Shown here: positions 24,990-28,538 of the stretch, piece after piece
How the letters are laid out: each line of letters opens with the position of its first letter
Numbering within the stretch: the stretch's first letter is position 1
Assembly (NCBI GenBank): GCA_964012725.1
Contig: CAXGTL010000013.1
Span: forward strand, 1 to 28,538
From: Candidatus Woesearchaeota archaeon
GTDB taxonomy: Archaea; Nanobdellota; Nanobdellia; Woesearchaeales; CAXGTL01
Length of the DNA: 28,538 bases
Reading direction: 5' to 3'
The notes under the pieces: model-generated
What the model was told of the DNA's origin: nothing
Databases searched by the model: none
The model's input: only the letters and a program-made list of their open reading frames with translations
Program-made: the position numbers and the translations under genes

Positions 24990-25483
24990 TATTTGCCTCC
25001 GGTTTTGTTAACTTTTACTTTTGAATTTCTTATAACTTGATCATTTAATGTATAACCAGTTTGAAATTCTTCAACAATTTCATTATCTTTTTTATTTTCA
25101 TTTTTATCTTGCATTAATGCTTCATGAATATGTGGATTAAATACTTTACCCACCGAATCAATCTTATGAAGTCCTTGTTTTTCTAAAACTTCTACAAATT
25201 GTGCGAAAATTAATTCCACCCCTTTCACAAAATCCTCATGATTCTCTGTGTTTTTTAGTGCTAGATCAAAGTTGTCTAACAATGGAAGCAATTTGAGTAT
25301 TAGTTCTTTGTTTGAATATTTTGTGAATTCTTGGTTTTGTTTGTCTGTTCTTTTTTTATAGTTCTCAAACTCTGCCTGAAGTCTTTGTAAGGATTCTGTA
25401 AGTTCTTTTGTTTTGTTTTTATCTTTATTTTTTGATTTATCTTTACTTATCTTTTCTTTAGATTCTTTCTTTTCTTTAACCAT
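24989..25483 (-). CDS. grpE: nucleotide exchange factor GrpE
   Basis: LQRLQAEFENYKKR, LLPLLDNFDLA, FNPHIHEAL and a C-terminal beta domain. AGGTGA Shine-Dalgarno upstream. Confidence 0.9.
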   Translation of the reverse strand: MVKEKKESKEKISKDKSKNKDKNKTKELTESLQRLQAEFENYKKRTDKQNQEFTKYSNKELILKLLPLLDNFDLALKNTENHEDFVKGVELIFAQFVEVLEKQGLHKIDSVGKVFNPHIHEALMQDKNENKKDNEIVEEFQTGYTLNDQVIRNSKVKVNKTGGK

Positions 25484-25498
25484 ATATTGTCACCTTTT

Positions 25499-25524
25499 GT
25501 TGATTTTAAATCAACGATGTTAAC
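25499..25524. promoter_or_regulatory. operator-like site 1: perfect palindrome GTTGATTT-T-AAATCAAC overlapping the repeat TTAAATCAACGATGTTAAC
   Basis: Lies between the grpE TATA-like box (25538-25551) and the grpE Shine-Dalgarno, close to the predicted TSS. Confidence 0.5.
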
Positions 25525-25537
25525 TTAGAATGAACAA

Positions 25538-25551
25538 CTTATATATAAAGG
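25538..25551 (-). promoter_or_regulatory. TATA-like box for the grpE operon
   Basis: CCTTTATATATAAG on the minus strand, about 60 nt upstream of the grpE ATG. Confidence 0.45.
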
Positions 25552-25571
25552 TTTTGGTTTTTAGTAGGAAA

Positions 25572-25582
25572 GGTTTATATAC
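25572..25582 (+). promoter_or_regulatory. TATA-like box for the wHTH gene
   Basis: GGTTTATATAC about 40 nt upstream of the ATG at 25619. The same GTTTATATA consensus precedes 26088. Confidence 0.45.
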
Positions 25583-25595
25583 TAGTTCGTTTACG

Positions 25596-25614
25596 TTAAA
25601 TCAACGGAGTTAAT
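25596..25614. promoter_or_regulatory. operator-like site 2: TTAAATCAACGGAGTTAAT (17 of 19 identical to site 1)
   Basis: Lies between the wHTH gene TATA-like box and its ATG, suggesting autoregulation. Confidence 0.45.
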
Positions 25615-25618
25615 TAAT

Positions 25619-26026
25619 ATGTTCATGAAGATAAGCAAAATAACAATAACAAGGCTGAGAAAGCCGAAATCTCATAATATTAATCAAGAGCTTCAGTGGT
25701 TTGGTAATTCTTTAGGTTTATTTGGATTGCGTGATAAAGATAAATCTTGTTTTAGAATCTTTATTGAGCTGTTGAAATCAACAAAAGCTGGCGAAGGTAT
25801 GTCAAGTGATGAAATTGCATTTAAATTAAGTCTTAGTCGAGGCACTGTAGTACATCATTTGAACAAGCTAATGGAGTCAGGTATTATTATTCATAGAAAA
25901 AATAAGTATTTCATGAGAGTTGACAATCTTAAAGAATTGATCAAAGTTCTAAAGTCTGATATTGAAAAGTCATTCAAAGATCTTGAAGAAATGGCTAATG
26001 AAATTGATAGTGTTCTTGGGCTTTAA
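25619..26026 (+). CDS. winged helix-turn-helix transcription regulator (ArsR/TrmB-like), divergent from grpE
   Basis: FRIFIELLKS...MSSDEIAFKLSLSRGTVVHHLNKLMESGIIIHRKNKYFM is a classic wHTH with wing. The C-terminal part is helical. Confidence 0.75.
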   Translation: MFMKISKITITRLRKPKSHNINQELQWFGNSLGLFGLRDKDKSCFRIFIELLKSTKAGEGMSSDEIAFKLSLSRGTVVHHLNKLMESGIIIHRKNKYFMRVDNLKELIKVLKSDIEKSFKDLEEMANEIDSVLGL

Positions 26027-26087
26027 TATCCATTTTAAAAATATAGAAAAGTTTATATATTATAATTACTATTAAAAAATAAGAGGT

Positions 26088-26285
26088 ATGAAAATGAATG
26101 ATAAACATGAATATATAAGAGTAAAATTGAATCATTCTAAAATAAATAAAGAGAAAGGATTCTACCTTCTTTTAACAAATGGAAACACTTATTCTGATAA
26201 AAAAGATGAATTTGTCATAGAGAAGAAATTTCTAGGACTTTTGAAAGAAGAGAGTATTAATTTTGAAGTATTACCACTTAACTAG
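26088..26285 (+). CDS. hypothetical small protein (65 aa)
   Basis: Intact ORF with an AGAGGT Shine-Dalgarno and a TATA-like GTTTATATAT ~35 nt upstream. No family recognised. Confidence 0.45.
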   Translation: MKMNDKHEYIRVKLNHSKINKEKGFYLLLTNGNTYSDKKDEFVIEKKFLGLLKEESINFEVLPLN

Positions 26286-26291
26286 ACCAAA

Positions 26292-26651
26292 ATGACACAT
26301 TATAAAGTAGAAATACAAATACCTTTATTCTATAATCTTGAAGATGGAAAAAAAGATAGAGAAAAGATTCCTTCCAAATTATTTTATGAAACTTATTTAG
26401 AAATTTTTAATATGGTTGGAGGAATACATACAAGTCCAACACCTGTTTTTGGTGCATGGAGATGTCCTAAAACTAGAAAAGCTTTTTTTGATAAAAGTAC
26501 TGTTTTTACTGTTCTTGTAGAAACTAATGATATTAAAACTATAAACAATATTCCAAAAATGAAAGAATTAATTGAATATAAAAAAATTCTTAAAAAAAGA
26601 TTTAAACAACATGAAATATTTATGGTTGCTACACGTTGTCAATGGTTATAA
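26292..26651 (+). CDS. hypothetical protein (119 aa), weakly DUF3574-like
   Basis: Pattern IPLFYN..DG....F..T..EI....GG.HT.....GAW........FDKSTVFTVLVE recalls DUF3574-type small alpha/beta proteins. This is from memory only. Confidence 0.45.
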   Translation: MTHYKVEIQIPLFYNLEDGKKDREKIPSKLFYETYLEIFNMVGGIHTSPTPVFGAWRCPKTRKAFFDKSTVFTVLVETNDIKTINNIPKMKELIEYKKILKKRFKQHEIFMVATRCQWL

Positions 26652-26653
26652 TG

Positions 26654-27787
26654 TCAATACTTTTCCAAAACATCTTTAATCTTTCTAACAGTAACATCCC
26701 ATGAATATTTCTTAATCACAGTCTTACGTGCTTGCTGTCCTAAGTCAAATCTTTGGTGTGGTTTTTGTAATAAGATCTCTAACTTCTTTCTAAGAACTAA
26801 CCAATTTTCTTTTGGAAATAATAAACCATTCTTTTTATCAACAATATACTTTTTTAAAGCTGGTAATGAAGTTACAACAACTGGTAAACCACATGACATT
26901 GCTTCTAATGTTGATAATGAAGTTGTTTCTGTTAAACTAGGTAATACATAAATATCCATTGCTTGTAAAAAAGGGATTACATTATCTTTTTTACCAGTCA
27001 TTATTATATTTTTCTTATCTTTGAAAATCTTTTCCTCAGATTCTGGTCCTTTACCAACTAATAATAACTTTGCATTTGGATATTTTTTACTAAGTGATGT
27101 AAAAGCCCTATGTAAAGTTAAAAGATTCTTTTCCCTACCAATTCTTCCAGTATAACCAATTATTTTATGCTCTGGATCAAAACCTAAATCTATTTTCGCT
27201 TGTTTTTTATCTTCTGGAGGTTTGAATTTATCAGAATTAATACCTAAAGGAACAACTGTTTTAATTGCTGTGATTTTTTCTTTTTCAAAAACATAAGCAA
27301 TATTGCTCGTAGGTATCATTAAGATATTGCATTTATTGTAAACTCTTTTTGAGAATTTCCTAGCAAACCAATAAATAAACTTTTTTATAAACCATGGAGC
27401 TTTAACACTTTTAATAACAATGTCCCAGTTAATAACATGAACATATGAAATAATTGGTTTGTTAAGTTTTTTTGCTAATTTTATTGCAGAATAACCTAAA
27501 GTACTAAGATCTTGTACCCAAACAATATCAGCTTTTTCAATATGTGGTTTTATTAATTTTTTAGAAAACTTTGCAATAGGTAAATCATCTATAACAAATC
27601 TTGATAAAGGTGCTCTGATAATTTTTACATCTGGTATTTCTGTATGTTCTCCAGGAAAATTTGGAGCAATAACAGTAATTTCATAGTCTTGTTTTAATCT
27701 TGGTATAACTTCTGCTAAAAACCTAGAAACACCGTCCCACCTAGGTAAAAATGAATCTGAAACTATTAATAAATTTCTTTTACTCAT
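26654..27787 (-). CDS. GT4-family (GT-B fold) glycosyltransferase
   Basis: N-terminal LLIVSDSFLPRWDGVS and C-terminal PSLTETTSLSTLEAMSCGLPVV (E-x7-E motif). I prefer the ATG at 27787 (MSKRNLL). The longer ORF-track start at 27832 lies inside a repeat hairpin. Confidence 0.85.
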   Translation of the reverse strand: MSKRNLLIVSDSFLPRWDGVSRFLAEVIPRLKQDYEITVIAPNFPGEHTEIPDVKIIRAPLSRFVIDDLPIAKFSKKLIKPHIEKADIVWVQDLSTLGYSAIKLAKKLNKPIISYVHVINWDIVIKSVKAPWFIKKFIYWFARKFSKRVYNKCNILMIPTSNIAYVFEKEKITAIKTVVPLGINSDKFKPPEDKKQAKIDLGFDPEHKIIGYTGRIGREKNLLTLHRAFTSLSKKYPNAKLLLVGKGPESEEKIFKDKKNIIMTGKKDNVIPFLQAMDIYVLPSLTETTSLSTLEAMSCGLPVVVTSLPALKKYIVDKKNGLLFPKENWLVLRKKLEILLQKPHQRFDLGQQARKTVIKKYSWDVTVRKIKDVLEKY

Positions 27788-27870
27788 ACTCACTTCACCT
27801 TGCTCCGTTCGTATGTCATAAATGCAAAGCATTTATGAGCATGATCAAGAATCTTTGATTCTTGACAGAT
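27788..27870. repeat. intergenic repeat copy C (leader plus double hairpin upstream of the GT4 gene)
   Basis: CACTTCACCTTGCTCCGTTCGT, then CATAAATGC-aaa-GCATTTATG, GAGCATGATCA, then TCAAGAATC-ttt-GATTCTTGA-CAG. Matches modules of copy B. Confidence 0.7.
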
Positions 27871-27890
27871 TTTAAATTTTATATTTAAAA

Positions 27891-28538
27891 TCATTTTATT
27901 TTCAAAAACCTCTCTGCATATTTACCATCAATTCTAAAACCATTGATCAAAGCTTTGATATACATCATTATCAAAGGAAAGTAATTAAAAAATGTTGTTA
28001 ATGAAAGCTGACTTTCAAAACAACCAACTGCTCTTAGTTTTGTTTTAAATGTTTTTGTTACATCAACATAAAGCTTAGGATAATGTCTTTTTCTAAAATT
28101 AAAAGGATTCCATACATCAAAAGTATAAAGTTCTTCTTGATAATTAATTCTGTCTAATACTTGATCAACTAATTTGTAAACTTCTCTATGATTTGGATGT
28201 GGATCATCAAAACTATGTGTAAATATTTTTCCTGGTTTATACTTTTTTATAAATTCAATTAATTTTTTAGGAATGTTTTTTGAATATGCATCTTTTGTTA
28301 AATTTAGTTCGTCAAGTCCTAAGAAAAATACACCAGAACCACCAATAATTTTGTCTGCTTTTTTTGCTTCATCAACTCTTGTTTTAATTGCTATTTCTTT
28401 TTTAATATGTGGCATAGAGAATTCTCCATATGAAAATATTACTGTAATTATCCTTTTACCTTGTTTTGCATACTTAGCTAATGTTGCACCTGGACCAAAG
28501 ATTTGATCATCTGAGTGTGCGCATAGTACTAAGATTGT
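27891..28538 (-). CDS. PIG-L/LmbE-family N-acetylglucosaminyl deacetylase (5' end runs off the window)
   Basis: The reading frame stays open to the window edge. Upstream of the ORF-track Met it reads ILVLCAHSDDQIFGPGATLAKY (AHxDD motif), followed later by HPNHREV. Confidence 0.85.
   Translation of the reverse strand, partial: TILVLCAHSDDQIFGPGATLAKYAKQGKRIITVIFSYGEFSMPHIKKEIAIKTRVDEAKKADKIIGGSGVFFLGLDELNLTKDAYSKNIPKKLIEFIKKYKPGKIFTHSFDDPHPNHREVYKLVDQVLDRINYQEELYTFDVWNPFNFRKRHYPKLYVDVTKTFKTKLRAVGCFESQLSLTTFFNYFPLIMMYIKALINGFRIDGKYAERFLKIK

Noticed and set aside
25484-25618. CIRCE/HrcA-type operator upstream of grpE
   Set aside because: No TTAGCACTC-N9-GAGTGCTAA-like inverted repeat is present. 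The palindrome found there (GTTGATTT-T-AAATCAAC) is unrelated.
27788-27832. N-terminal extension of the GT4 ORF (MLCIYDIRTEQGEVS), and similarly the GTG extension of secG (19195-19218)
   Set aside because: Both extensions are translations of the shared repeat/leader sequence, and the ATG at 27832 sits inside a hairpin arm. The canonical protein N-termini begin at 27787 and 19219.
1-28538. CRISPR arrays, tRNA or rRNA genes, transposases, integrases and prophage blocks
   Set aside because: I found no regularly spaced direct repeats, no tRNA-like T-arm/acceptor patterns and no rRNA-like GC-rich stretches other than the RNase P RNA island. No ORF carries DDE, tyrosine- or serine-recombinase motifs.

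Overview
Strongly AT-rich, very gene-dense chromosomal fragment in which many genes overlap or abut. It reads as a small-genome archaeon, most consistent with a DPANN-type lineage. Archaeal markers: ATP-dependent DNA ligase, RNase P RNA plus its Rpr2/Rnp4 protein, Sec61-beta, a Hel308-type helicase, a Nip7-like PUA protein, CDP-archaeol synthase with a CDP-alcohol phosphatidyltransferase, and a Dph2 remnant. These sit beside bacterial-type genes: MetK, a GrpE-DnaK-DnaJ operon, a stand-alone REC domain, DUF1287 and a PLD nuclease. I saw no rRNA, tRNA, CRISPR array, transposase or integrase. The most unusual signal is non-coding: a modular, hairpin-rich repeat family at four intergenic loci (about 9258-9325, 13489-13660, 18931-19200, 27788-27870). 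Stems are kept by compensatory changes, and a conserved leader-like motif sits just upstream of two start codons. Other points worth a second look: (1) the Hel308 gene begins exactly at the RecA2 domain boundary, suggesting a split gene; (2) a Shine-Dalgarno-sequestering stem/pseudoknot lies inside the dnaK-dnaJ spacer, a candidate RNA thermometer; (3) a divergent wHTH regulator has repeated operator-like sites; (4) the chaperone operon carries DUF3467, a 52-aa membrane peptide and a REC domain; (5) an 84-aa Dph2 relic; (6) a G-quadruplex-like tract; (7) a Zn-ribbon insertion in the DNA ligase; (8) a secreted pilin-signal, giant surface protein and DUF1287 hydrolase cluster. All family assignments come from reading motifs by eye, with no database search.
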